Below are positions 43,627-54,484 of a stretch of DNA of 64,000 bases, piece after piece. The notes beneath the pieces were generated by a model. It searched no databases, had not been told where the DNA came from, and saw nothing but the letters and a program-made list of their open reading frames with translations. Position numbers and translations under genes: made by a program. This DNA is from Rebecca billardiae RCC1528 (Eukaryota > Protista > Haptophyta): assembly GCA_965240325.2 (NCBI GenBank), contig OZ251224.1, positions 2,976,001 through 3,040,000 on the forward strand. Direction: 5' to 3'. Position 1 is the first letter of the stretch. Every line of letters begins with the position of its first letter.

Positions 43627-43670
43627 ATCTCGCCTGCCTGAGGCGCCCTCCCACGTCTCTTTATTAAACA
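43627..43670 (-). promoter_or_regulatory. Leader motif, 3' half (TAAAGAGACG...CTCAGGCAGGCGAGATT)
   Basis: Matches the motif at 4256, 46445 and 49522. Duplicated at 45244-45280. Confidence 0.6.
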
Positions 43671-44675
43671 GCGGGGGCCTGCTAGCGGCCTTTTCCCGGT
43701 GGGGCTGGTCGAACACAGCGCGTCTAGGACGCGACGGAGAAGCTTGCCAGGGCCGGCAGACCCGACGACGATGAGACGAGTTGGCCGTTCAGCGCTGACT
43801 AACGGTATCATCCGGGCTGCCGCGTCTTCGCGCGTCGCGTGTGCGATTTAGCCATTAGCCAGGTGCGGCAGCGTGGCTCTCCCAGTTCTGCAAGGCCCAC
43901 CGAGGCGCCAGCGAGGCGCGCGTCGATGCAGTCGTCGCTGCGCACGGCCGCTCGGGCACGGCGGCACGGCAACGGCACGCACCGATCACGCCGTGCGTGC
44001 GCGCGTCGGCCATCGACGCGTGATAGTCGTGCAGCAACTGCAGTCCGCACGTCGTGCGCGCTGCTGCCGCCGGACGCCCAGATGGCGCGCGACCGCGTCG
44101 GTCGCGGCGGCCTCGCGCGCCGCGCGCGGTTCGGCTCGACGCGCGGCGTGACCCTCGCGGCGCTCCGCGTTGCGCGCCTCGTCCACGCCGTTCAGCGTGC
44201 TCGCCAGCCGCGCTGCGCGAGGCACGCGTCGAGCGCTGCCGGCGTCTCGCAGTTTGGGTGCGAGGCCGCGGGCGCGCGCGCGCCGGGGCGCGTGGCCTCG
44301 TGCGGTGCACGGCGAGGCGCGCCAGGTCCGTACCGTTACCGTATTGTATAGGCGGTATGAACTGGGTAAGACGGTAGCTAAGATCGCCGCCAGATTTGTG
44401 GGAATCGCAACGACATCTCCATGCGGCGCGCGCAAAAATTAACCACATGCGCTTCGATTCCCGAGGCGTGCCCTAATTGGCGCAAAAATTAACCAAGTGC
44501 GTTCTCGATTCCCGAGGCGTGCCCAATCAAAAAACGTTTGAGGCCCCATTGTTCGTATTCCTACTCCGGTATTACTTTGCTCAGCAGTAGGTGACAACCA
44601 ATTAAAGGGGGTCGGAGCTGGGTCTCCCAGGGCTTTGTCACGAATTAAAATTGTTTAAAGCTGTGTTCACCAGAA
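43664..44675. repeat. 1-kb block B, copy 1
   Basis: Near-identical to 46864-47875. Contains a duplicated GCGCAAAAATTAACCA...GATTCCCGAGGCGTG unit. Confidence 0.9.
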
Positions 44676-45280
44676 CGCCCACGACGATGGCGGCAGCCTC
44701 GCGATTGGCCTGCACGATCTCATCGAGTGACGTCCGCCGCCCCGCCTGGCGCACCACCCAGCGCGGCCGCAGCCCGGTGAAGAACTGGATGGCGCGCTCG
44801 GTCGCGCGCGCCACCGCCGCCTCAGCCGCAGTGCCTCCGCGCGAGACGTCGACGTAGTGCACAAAGGTGAGGTTCCGTATGTGCGGGCGCAGGGCATCGC
44901 ACAGCTCTCGCCATGCCGCGAGCCCGCCCACCTCCGCGCGCTCCTCGCGCACGAGCTCGCACAGCGACGGCGGCTCTGCGTGCGCGCACGAGTGCTCAGC
45001 CCAGGCTTCGCGCGGTAGTTGCTGGGCGTGCTGCTCGTCGAGAAGCGCCAGGACCGCGTCGTCGATGTGAGAAGACTGCTTGCGCAGCCCTTCGTCGAGC
45101 GACACGCCGCGCCTGCTGCGCCCCGCACACGTCGCGAGCAGCGCCGCCACGCGGAGAAGAGCCGCGCGCCGGCCGAGCCTCGTCATCCAACTACTTCGAT
45201 CGCTTGCGCAGCTTGTCCTGAGCATACTTTACCCAATCTCCAAATCTCGCCTGCCTGAGGCGCCCTCCCACGTCTCTTTA
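44676..45280 (-). pseudogene. Truncated duplicate of the 5' end of the 41239-43608 gene
   Basis: Near-identical to ~43059-43663. Breaks off at AAAIVVG. Confidence 0.9.
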
Positions 45281-46429
45281 CAGGCTGGTCTCACCAAGAA
45301 CTTCCCGAGGCTTTGGATTTTTTTTTTCAGTCCCACTGCGTCTGCGGAAAATTCTCGATGGCGCCATTAAATCGGCCGCATCGAGAGCTCTCCGACGAGG
45401 GGTCGCACGCCTCTGTCCGCCTCGCCGTTGTCGAGATTCAAACCCCCAACCCCCTGCAAAAAATGAACGGCGCGCGATCTCGGTCCGTGCGACCCCTAGT
45501 GGTGTTGTTCACACGGTTGCCCGTACCCCAAGCCCCTCTCCTCATCCCCACCCTCGCTGTAGCACTGAAACATTGCGTCGTTGTTCTCGCCCGCAGAAGC
45601 CGCCGAGCGTTGCGGGTCAACGTGGGACCTGGCATGAGTGACAGGTGTCTTCATGTCCCACAGCGCGTCTCTCCCATGCTGTCGAGGTATGTGGGCCTCA
45701 TCGCGCTCGTTGCAACGTCCTTCCTGCGCCTCCCCACCTGTATCAGTGCCTGACGATGTTGCTTGGAGCACACTCAACCCGCCTTGCCGCCGCACTGTTC
45801 AGGGCGGAACTCCTTCGCAATGTTGAAGCGTGCGGCTGCCCTTGACAGACGTACGTAGGCTCTCGCACCCCCCGCTTCCACTGCGACAGATTCGAATACC
45901 TGCTGCGAGTGAGCCAACTGCGACGAAGTGCAATGTGCTCGTCGTGTTCGTTCGGAGCCGTTCGAGCGGCGCGCAAGTGACAAGTGCATCTGGCGAGGTC
46001 CCACCAACAGAGGCAGGGGCTTTGGCTGTAACCACAGCGATCATGGAACGGCTCGCGCGGGCGCAGTCATCAAGCAGTGCGCCATGCTCCGCCTCCGCGC
46101 GGGCCAGGTCCGCGCGTGGCCGACCTCGTGGTGATGGATGCCGCCTGGGCGTCCGAAGCGGCAGAAGCCCGCCGGACTGCGGAAACCCCGACGAAACCTC
46201 AGTTCAGCGCCACTTCAGACTGCTCGGCCCACTGTGAAAACCACTGTGACGGCGCCTCCGCGGCGGAGCGCCGGGCACGAGGTGAGCGACGCGCGCGGCT
46301 CCGCGGACAATTTTGTCGGGGACTAGACCCACGATGCGAGCGATCGTACTCAGCCGATTCCCCGTGCTCGCCCGCCGCGAGCGCGGACACGTCGGCAGCG
46401 CTCGGGAAGTTCTTGGTGAGACCAGCCTG
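45281..46429. mobile_element. Non-autonomous Tc1/mariner-type element
   Basis: Perfect 29-bp TIR CAGGCTGGTCTCACCAAGAACTTCCCGAG with TA on both sides. Confidence 0.9.
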
Positions 46430-46431
46430 TA

Positions 46432-46861
46432 CAGTTTACTAAGAATAAGAGACGCACACAGCTCAGGCAGGCGAGATTGACGCCCGCCAACTGTCACCGC
46501 CCATGAAGCCGTCGCCGATGGTAGCGCCGCCGGAAAAATTCGTTCAGCCGTCCGCCTGCGAGGCCTGGATGAGGGCTGCGGCCGCCTCGCGGCGCGCCAG
46601 CGCCCGTCGTCCTCGCCCCACCGTCGTCCACAAAACGTCGTCGTCCGAACTCGCCGACTGGGCGCCGATGCGACAGCGCGCCGACAGGATGAGGATGTAG
46701 TAGGGAATGTAGAGCCCCACTGTCAGTTGGGGAAGGTGTGTATCAAGCGGCATGACTGGGGTAGCTTATCACACAGAAGGCCCGGCCCTCAGGTGATATG
46801 TGCCCCAGTGTGGCGTGTCGGCCTCAAAGCCGGCGGCAGGGTTCTGTGGCCCGGAGCAGGG
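46432..46861 (+). other. Leader-headed 430-bp segment flanked by TA
   Basis: Starts with the complete leader motif. It is absent from the duplicate empty site at 43660-43670. Confidence 0.65.
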
Positions 46862-46863
46862 TA

Positions 46864-47886
46864 TTAAACAGCGGGGGCCTGCTAGCGGCCTTTTCCCGGT
46901 GGGGCTGGTCGAACACAGCGCGTCTAGGACGCGACGGAGAAGCTTGCCAGGGCCGGCAGACCCGACGACGATGAGACGAGTTGGCCGTTCAGCGCTGACT
47001 AACGGTATCATCCGGGCTGCCGCGTCTTCGCGCGTCGCGTGTGCGATTTAGCCATTAGCCAGGTGCGGCAGCGTGGCTCTCCCAGTTCTGCAAGGCCCAC
47101 CGAGGCGCCAGCGAGGCGCGCGTCGATGCAGTCGTCGCTGCGCACGGCCGCTCGGGCACGGCGGCACGGCAACGGCACGCACCGATCACGCCGTGCGTGC
47201 GCGCGTCGGCCATCGACGCGTGGTAGTCGTGCAGCAACTGCAGTCCGCACGTCGTGCGCGCTGCTGCCGCCGGACGCCCAGATGGCGCGCGACCGCGTCG
47301 GTCGCGGCGGCCTCGCGCGCCGCGCGCGGTTCGGCTCGACGCGCGGCGTGACCCTCGCGGCGCTCCGCGTTGCGCGCCTCGTCCACGCCGTTCAGCGTGC
47401 TCGCCAGCCGCGCTGCGCGAGGCACGCGTCGAGCGCTGCCGGCGTCTCGCAGTTTGGGTGCGAGGCCGCGGGCGCGCGCGCGCCGGGGCGCGTGGCCTCG
47501 TGCGGTGCACGGCGAGGCGCGCCAGGTCCGTACCGTTACCGTATTGTATAGGCGGTATGAACTGGGTAAGACGGTAGCTAAGATCGCCGCCAGATTTGTG
47601 GGAATCGCAACGACATCTCCATGCGGCGCGCGCAAAAATTAACCACATGCGCTTCGATTCCCGAGGCGTGCCCTAATTGGCGCAAAAATTAACCAAGTGC
47701 GTTCTCGATTCCCGAGGCGTGCCTAATCAAAAAACGTTTGAGGCCCCATTGTTCGTATTCCTACTCCGGTATTACTTTGCTCAGCAGTAGGTGACAACCA
47801 ATTAAAGGGGGTCGGAGCTGGGTCTCCCAGGGCTTTGTCACGAATTAAAATTGTTTAAAGCTGTGTTCACCAGAATTAGTAAACTG
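46864..47886. repeat. Block B copy 2, followed by TTAGTAAACTG (leader 5' end on the minus strand)
   Basis: Near-identical to 43664-44675. 47876-47886 is the reverse complement of CAGTTTACTAA. Confidence 0.85.
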
Positions 47887-47969
47887 TGCATACATGGTGT
47901 TTAAATCCCCCTTTATAACGGGCTCCGGGTGATCAGACTGGCGGCCGAAGCCTCCAGCCCTACCCTGGC

Positions 47970-48402
47970 CAGGGCTCCAAGACGGTACACCGGACACCGG
48001 TAAATACCGTACCGGTGCGTACCGGTGCGTACCGGTATGCACCGCCACAAACTGCCGCGCACCGGTGAGAGTCCGGGAGGGGTCGTATGCGCCCGGACCA
48101 CAGCACCCGCGAGTACGGACTACGCGGAGCTGTCACTTGTCAGTGTCCGAGGTGGCGGAGTCACTGCTGGCACTCTCAGGCCGTGCCACTCAGGGAAGGG
48201 ACGCCGGCCGATTTCGTCCAATAATTGGGCTGTTTCTATCAGTAAATAGGCCCAAAAATTTTCGTCGCCTCGGGCCGGCGGGGCCCCGGGGGGGACACCC
48301 CCCCGGACCCCCCCGCGGTGCGCGCACCGGTGTACCGGTACACCGGCGCCTGCGGCGCCGGTGCACCGGTACGCGTACCGAGCACCGGATCTTTGAGCCC
48401 TG
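47970..48402. mobile_element. hAT-type MITE (433 bp)
   Basis: TIR CAGGGCTC(C/A)AAGA, 8-bp TSD ACCCTGGC (47962-47969, 48403-48410), and subterminal ACCGGT repeats. Confidence 0.9.
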
Positions 48403-49502
48403 ACCCTGGCCAGCCCGTTTACTATGTTTTAACGTGCATATGGGTTGGCGCTGCGCGTCAACTTGGGCTGGAAACCTGTTTCTGAAACGCATGATGGCAC
48501 GCCGGGCCGGTAGCCCGAGCTCGGAATTCCGACGCTGCCAACGGCGCCACAGGGGCGCAGCGGCGGGGCTGACGACGCGCGCGCGTGTGCACGTCTGACC
48601 ACGGAGTGCGCGCTGCAATGACTGGCCCGTCCGCAGCACCACGCCCCGCGCTGTGAGTGAGAGTGTGGCCCGCGCCCAAGCGAGAACGCGGGCCGGGCGG
48701 CACTCCGCCGACCTCGCCGGCCGCCGACCAGCCCGCGGCCGCCTGCTGCAGCTCGTGGAACACGTAGTCGCGCGCTCGCGCGTGGAGGGCGGACCTGCGC
48801 GTATGCGCCCGCCGGGCTTGCCGCTTCATCCGCTGGCACCGCAGTGCAGGTCGAGCCGTCCGCCGCCCACCGAGCCGGCGCCACGCCTCGCGCTCGTGCT
48901 CGAGCTGAGGCGGCGGCGTGTCGCCCGAGCCGGCGGGGTCGCGCGCGTGCGCGTGGTGGGCAGCCTCGCGCGTGCGCCCGCCGCGGGCCCCGCGTCGCTC
49001 GCTTGGCGCCGCACGCGAGCCGCTCGTCGCGCGACCGAACGAGACGTCAATCGCAAGGGCGACCCTTGGAATGGCGTGGGCTCTCCGCCTTGTCGTCCTT
49101 CACGGGACTCGTCGATGCGAGGCGCGGTTGCTCCGATGCTCGTAGTCCAATGCAAGATGATACCCGCGTGCCGCTATCAGCGCGCCCTTTCGCTGGTGAA
49201 ATGTCTAGCGAGAAAGTGACGGATCGTGTGAATGTGAAGTGTGAACTCGCGACACGACGAATGGGCCGATGCGATTCGTGCGAATGTGAGTACGCAAAGC
49301 GCCGAACGACGAGCGGTTTTTGACCGAACGACGAGCGGCTTTTGTCCTAGCGAGCGCGTAAGCGGGTACGCGAATTCCGCTTATGTGACCCGGCTACAAA
49401 CAAACAAACTGGGTGGTTAGGGGGGCGTCAAAAAAAGGGGTGCGACGGGCTGGTCCCCAGCGTGAAGTCGTGCCTTTGTTCTCGTGGGTTTCCAGAATAC
49501 TA

Positions 49503-49559
49503 CAGTTTACTAAGGCGAATAATAAGAGACGCACACAGCTTGCTCAGGCAGGCGAGATT
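49503..49559 (+). promoter_or_regulatory. Leader motif copy with small insertions
   Basis: TA-CAGTTTACTAAG...AATAAGAGACGCACACAGCT...CAGGCAGGCGAGATT. Confidence 0.65.
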
Positions 49560-49703
49560 AATTATAAACTGCTTCGGAAAGAGTTGCACACCACGTCGTT
49601 CACGGCGCTCGGCTCTTCTCAGCGCGGCGACGCTGCTCGCGCCGTGCTGACGCTCTTTAGTCTTTGCCTCTCCGCTGCCGGGCGCTGCGGGGCACCGAGA
49701 GAG

Positions 49704-50930
49704 ATGCGGAGGCGGTGCCACCGTTCGAGCCGCGTCCTCCTGCGCGTGCTCGTGTTGCTCGCCGCGCCTATCATCATACACTGCGACGAGGCGTCGACGG
49801 GTGCGCCCCTTCCTGACCATCAGAACGCCTTCTTCTTGCCCACGCCACTAGTTGTCGCGCACGGTGGGCATGATGCCGAGCAGGAGCGATTCAACGCCCT
49901 CCTGAACCGCTCCAACGCTCAGCGCCTGGTCGTGGTGAACGCATTCGGGCGTGTTTCCACCGCGCATGTCATCGTGCACAATCTCGCCACCCACTTCGCC
50001 GATGGGTCTGCGTGGGAGCGAGTCGTCTTCGCGTACGCGGATGGCGAGCTCCTCCGCGACGCGCTCGACGCCGATCCGAGGCTCAGAGCCTCGGGTGGGG
50101 GCTGCACTGTGTTCCAGGTGCGCGGGCGGTACTGGGGTGAGTTCCTGAGCTATCTTCGCGCTGACGCTGTCTCTCGCTTCGAGCACGTCTTCCTGCTGCT
50201 CGACGACCTGCTGATGCCTGGCTCTGGCCCTCTGCGCGTGAGCATTCCGCGCCTCCTCCACTCGATGCACGCGGTCGGCGCCAGCCTCATCTCGCCAGCG
50301 ATCGAAGGCAGCGAGAAGAAGTTCACGGCGATGCGGAACCTGACCGCCAACCGCTGCATACGCCGCGTGCACACCATCGAGCTTTTTGCGACGCTCTTCG
50401 AGCAGCGCGCGTGGGCGTGTCTTGCGTCCATGCTAGACAGATCGAATGTTGGCGGCTGTGGCTACGTCGCGTGCTTTCCCAAGATCTGCCCGTCGTACCG
50501 CGCGGCCATTGACGACACGGCCGTCGCTTACCACCTCGAGCGGGAGTGGCCAAGCCAACAGGCCCTCAAACGCATGTCCGACTCAGAACGCAAGCAAGTC
50601 AAAGCACTGCGCAGTGGCAAGCTCCGCAAGCAGCTCCGAGGCGGCAAAGGAGCAGTCGGCAGTCCCGTCACAAGCGATGGTGCGCGCAGCCAATACACGG
50701 AGAAGATCATCGGGAAGACGCGCGTCAACCCGTGCTTTCAGAAGGGCTTCCCTACCGGCGCGGACCTGTGGCGCAAGCTGAACTGCACACCGGCAGGTGA
50801 TCTGCTGAGCGCACACGCCATCCCCCAGGATGCGATGCGATTGGCATGCCGCCCCGTCACCCCACGGAACATGCATCGGAGTAGTCGTAGTAGTGCGCCG
50901 CGGGCAGCCCTGAGTGTGCGTTATGCGTAG
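49704..50930 (+). CDS. DUF707-like / GT-A glycosyltransferase-like signal-anchored protein (~408 aa)
   Basis: Signal anchor VLLRVLVLLAAPIII. Motifs FEHVFLLLDD, LISPAI, IELFATLF..RAWACL, GCGY. Intronless. Confidence 0.65.
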   Translation: MRRRCHRSSRVLLRVLVLLAAPIIIHCDEASTGAPLPDHQNAFFLPTPLVVAHGGHDAEQERFNALLNRSNAQRLVVVNAFGRVSTAHVIVHNLATHFADGSAWERVVFAYADGELLRDALDADPRLRASGGGCTVFQVRGRYWGEFLSYLRADAVSRFEHVFLLLDDLLMPGSGPLRVSIPRLLHSMHAVGASLISPAIEGSEKKFTAMRNLTANRCIRRVHTIELFATLFEQRAWACLASMLDRSNVGGCGYVACFPKICPSYRAAIDDTAVAYHLEREWPSQQALKRMSDSERKQVKALRSGKLRKQLRGGKGAVGSPVTSDGARSQYTEKIIGKTRVNPCFQKGFPTGADLWRKLNCTPAGDLLSAHAIPQDAMRLACRPVTPRNMHRSSRSSAPRAALSVRYA

Positions 50931-51020
50931 CGCGTAGCCTGTCGCTGCGCGTGTAATGTGTATAGACTGACTCAAGTGACTGAGTATATATATATACTAC
51001 GGACCGACAAAACTACGGAG

Positions 51021-54000
51021 TGTCAGGGAACGCGTCTCGAGGCTTGACGGTCGCGAGGTCGGTCGACGGCTTCGGCTCTTGTTTGCGGTGGTGAGCTCAG
51101 CGTGTTTTGTGTGATCGGCTCATGTTTCGTTCACGAGTTTCGGAAGCATCTAGAATGCTTCCAGATGCCGCCGCCAGCCATGCTGTCCTGCTGTATTTTA
51201 GGATGAGGTTCAGGTTGATTTTGGAGGATTTTGTGCGAGCGCCGCCGCAGCGGTCGCGCCGCCACTGTGTGACTGCGAGTAAAATGTTGGATTGGAAATT
51301 GGAAATCACTGTAGATTGGCGATTCCTTTGACACCCCCCCTCAATCCAATATGCGCTCGTCTGTGAGCAGGACTAAGCTTGGATTATGAGTGATTTTGGG
51401 CTTGGTATTGTTTGTGCATCTGTGTGCATGAGTGAATTGGAGTCAGTAATGGTTGCCAATGCCAGGATACGGGTCATGTGCTGGGACTTCCGTGTGACGG
51501 TTTTGGGTAACCCGAGTCAGTCCTGGGCTTATTTGCACCAAATGTTCACTCTTTGGCCTTGATTTTGGACCTTGTTATTGGGTCATGCCCTGCCTTGATA
51601 GTCAATCATAGGCATCCGGAGCAGGAATATCCAGGAAATGGATACGCTCCTTGGGAAATTTGTTGGCTCCCTTGTTTTTGCCTTTGTTGTAATTGTTGGC
51701 CTTGGGGCGTAGCTCTGGGTGGAGCTTCCAACACTGCTGGGCAGTATGGTTCTTGAGACCACAGTGAGTGCACCGTTTGCCGGTGTCCGAGTTATTCGGC
51801 CCGCTCTCGCCATTGGCTGGAGCCTTTTGGGCCTGAGCGGCGAAGACTTCGGCGCCCTCAAAGTCACCGCGTCGCCGCGTGCCTTGCTGATAATCGGCAT
51901 TTTGGCGTATCTTGGAATAATTTTCGGTCTCTCTCCCCTTGGTATTGTTCTGATGGAGTAGCTTCATTGAGCCGTGCCGTTTGTAGGCATCTTCCATCTG
52001 GGCCATTATCTGGTCAGTGTTATCCACACATTGCTCGGGCGTGAGCGCTCCGAAGTGCGAGATAACTGACTCGTAGACTTGGGGATGGTCGTGCATGCTG
52101 TTATACAGCTTGAAGACCAACATCGTAGCATCGTCCAGATTCCCATATCGAGATGAGCGGACTTGCTCGACGGATTTCTTGATAATGTCCGATGCGCCAA
52201 TGGGCGACACCTTTGTCGGGTATAACTTCAGGAATTCATCCCTGAGTTCGGACATAGTTGTGATCTTGAGCTCGCGCTCAAATATCTGTAGCAGCAGCGC
52301 CAGATCCAAGTAGTTCTTGGTCGGATCGCTGATGTGCAGCTTCGATTCCAGATAGGCGAATAACTGAGGCTCAATAGAGTCCTTCAGCTGCTTGAATATC
52401 GCTGCCGCAGATCGATCGTAGACCGATCCGATCTTGTTGGCGTCAGCGTTGTCAGCCCTGTATGGATCGATTTTGGCTGCGTCTTTCACCCATTTGTCTT
52501 TGGCAATGAGTTGAAAGCCGGATAGCTTGCTATCCTTGGGCTCCATTATGTCAGGTGTGACATCTGAGGATTTGCCCTTGTAGTAGGTGCTCACTTCTGC
52601 GAGTGCATCCCGTATCGCGCTGTGTACCGCGCGCTTGGATTTCAGAGCTGACTGTGTCAGCTTGTGTGTGGCGGGTGTATCCACTCCTGCCGAGGATTCG
52701 CGTGCCATGAACACACGTTCCTTCTTGGTTGGATTAGAGTCTGTGACTCCTCCTTCGATGACTATCCAGTCACGTTTCTTCGACTCAAGTGCATTGGTCG
52801 ATGTGTCGCGCGCGCTCTGTGGCGATTCGCGCTCTACCTTCGAGCGAGGAGTGACCCTCGTCGAGGCTGTGGTGCCTTCTTTGGGCTTCTTCACGCTCGT
52901 TCTGTCCAGCGGTGATGCATGTGCATCCGCGGCAGCTTCGGCGGAACACTCTTCCTTGCAAGAGTGTGGCGTTGTGATGGCTGACGCAGCTGATGCATGC
53001 GCACGCGCGTCGCGCTCGCCAACTTGGTTTTGCTGCGGCTTTGCCGTCAAGCAGGTGTATGATGCCCCCCCTGCATCGCATGCGCTTCCTACGTTCGACG
53101 CGAGTCGATACGTGCCAGACGAGGACTCTGCCGTCTCTGCGGCGGTCATCTCGCGGCTGCTTGTGTCGCTCGTGGCGAGCAGCTCGGCTTCGGAAGCCAT
53201 CGTGAGGCTGGTAATTTTGGGGTAAACGTATTTGTTTGGGTCAGGCGCATCAATAATAAATGCGGCCGCTGACTTGATGCTTGAGCTCGCTGTGACAGAG
53301 TCACGTGTCGTAGCATCTTGGAGCATAGTTTGCTCTGCCAGACCATACAGGTCGTTTGCGTCGCACTCATCGGTGCTAATGTCCTCGTTCGATCGGTCAG
53401 ACTCAGACACAGTGTCATGCGCGCGAGGCTGCAGACTGACTGCGTCGGTGGCACGACCTGCGCTGTCACAGGCGGCGGCCAGATGGCCAGCACGCGGAGC
53501 AGCGTCGGCAGGCTCGAGGGCCTCGACGGTCAAAGCGGCATCGGCGGCAGCAGCGTCGAGCGCTGCATCTGCCCCGGAACGCTTGGTGACCTCGTTCGAT
53601 GACTCGGAGGCAGCAAGGCACTCCTTGAGCTGCGGGCACTCGGCCTCGCGCTCAGCCGCGCTTGCGGGCGCCAAGTCCCGGGCGGTAGTTGTTGAGATCC
53701 CCTGCGCAACGACGTGCGTGCGGATGGAGTGGCGCGATGGCGGGGGATGCGAGCGGCAACGCTCCTCCTCACCGCGCTGTGCGCGAACCTCCTCCTCAAG
53801 GTGATCCTTGATTGACTCGGCATGAATCCGGTCAACACGCGGTGCGATCGCACTCGACGCGTGGCTGCCTGAGTACAGGTCAGCGGTGTTGCCAGGCCCG
53901 TAAGCGCTGGAGATGGGCTTGCGGAGAAGCGTGAGCTTCTCGCCTTGCCGGTTCTTCTCAGCCTGCATGCCCCTCAGGGCAGCGGCGAGGTAGTCTGGCG

Positions 54001-54484
54001 TGCGCTTGCGCGCGATCGCCGATGAGCCGCGCGGCATTGCCGCGCGCTCTGCCACGCCTGGCTTCAACCCAATGAGGGGAGCAACTGGGGCGGGCTGATG
54101 GCCGTTCACGTCCTTGCCGCTGTTCTCGTCGTCTCCATCCTTGCCCAAGTTCTCCCAGCACCGTGCTAGCATGTCAGGGAACGCGTCTCGAGGCTTGACG
54201 GTCGCGAGGTCGGTCGACGGCTTCGGCTCTTGTTTGCGGTGGTGAGCTCAGCGTGTTTTGTGTGATCGGCTCATGTTTCGTTCACGAGTTTCGGAAGCAT
54301 CTAGAATGCTTCCAGATGCCGCCGCCAGCCATGCTGTCCTGCTGTATTTTAGGATGAGGTTCAGGTTGATTTTGGAGGATTTTGTGCGAGCGCCGCCGCA
54401 GCGGTCGCGCCGCCACTGTGTGACTGCGAGTAAAATGTTGGATTGGAAATTGGAAATCACTGTAGATTGGCGATTCCTTTGACA
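51021..54484 (-). mobile_element. gag-only LTR retrotransposon (TR-GAG-like, copia-related), recent
   Basis: 313-bp LTRs at 51021-51333 and 54172-54484, identical by eye, with TGTCA...TGACA ends. Polypurine tract at 51334-51342 on the minus strand. No pol. Confidence 0.9.
51602..54172 (-). CDS. Gag-like protein (856 aa) with CCHC zinc knuckle
   Basis: CTHCGLKNHTAQQCW near the C-terminus. The ORF fills the region between the LTRs. Confidence 0.85.
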   Translation of the reverse strand: MLARCWENLGKDGDDENSGKDVNGHQPAPVAPLIGLKPGVAERAAMPRGSSAIARKRTPDYLAAALRGMQAEKNRQGEKLTLLRKPISSAYGPGNTADLYSGSHASSAIAPRVDRIHAESIKDHLEEEVRAQRGEEERCRSHPPPSRHSIRTHVVAQGISTTTARDLAPASAAEREAECPQLKECLAASESSNEVTKRSGADAALDAAAADAALTVEALEPADAAPRAGHLAAACDSAGRATDAVSLQPRAHDTVSESDRSNEDISTDECDANDLYGLAEQTMLQDATTRDSVTASSSIKSAAAFIIDAPDPNKYVYPKITSLTMASEAELLATSDTSSREMTAAETAESSSGTYRLASNVGSACDAGGASYTCLTAKPQQNQVGERDARAHASAASAITTPHSCKEECSAEAAADAHASPLDRTSVKKPKEGTTASTRVTPRSKVERESPQSARDTSTNALESKKRDWIVIEGGVTDSNPTKKERVFMARESSAGVDTPATHKLTQSALKSKRAVHSAIRDALAEVSTYYKGKSSDVTPDIMEPKDSKLSGFQLIAKDKWVKDAAKIDPYRADNADANKIGSVYDRSAAAIFKQLKDSIEPQLFAYLESKLHISDPTKNYLDLALLLQIFERELKITTMSELRDEFLKLYPTKVSPIGASDIIKKSVEQVRSSRYGNLDDATMLVFKLYNSMHDHPQVYESVISHFGALTPEQCVDNTDQIMAQMEDAYKRHGSMKLLHQNNTKGRETENYSKIRQNADYQQGTRRRGDFEGAEVFAAQAQKAPANGESGPNNSDTGKRCTHCGLKNHTAQQCWKLHPELRPKANNYNKGKNKGANKFPKERIHFLDIPAPDAYD

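Noticed and set aside
48420-49400. GC-rich ORFs upstream of the DUF707-like gene
   Set aside because: No recognisable motifs, so left unannotated.
49413-49703. N-terminal extension of the 505-aa ORF
   Set aside because: Non-ATG start that runs through the leader. ATG 49704 precedes the signal anchor.
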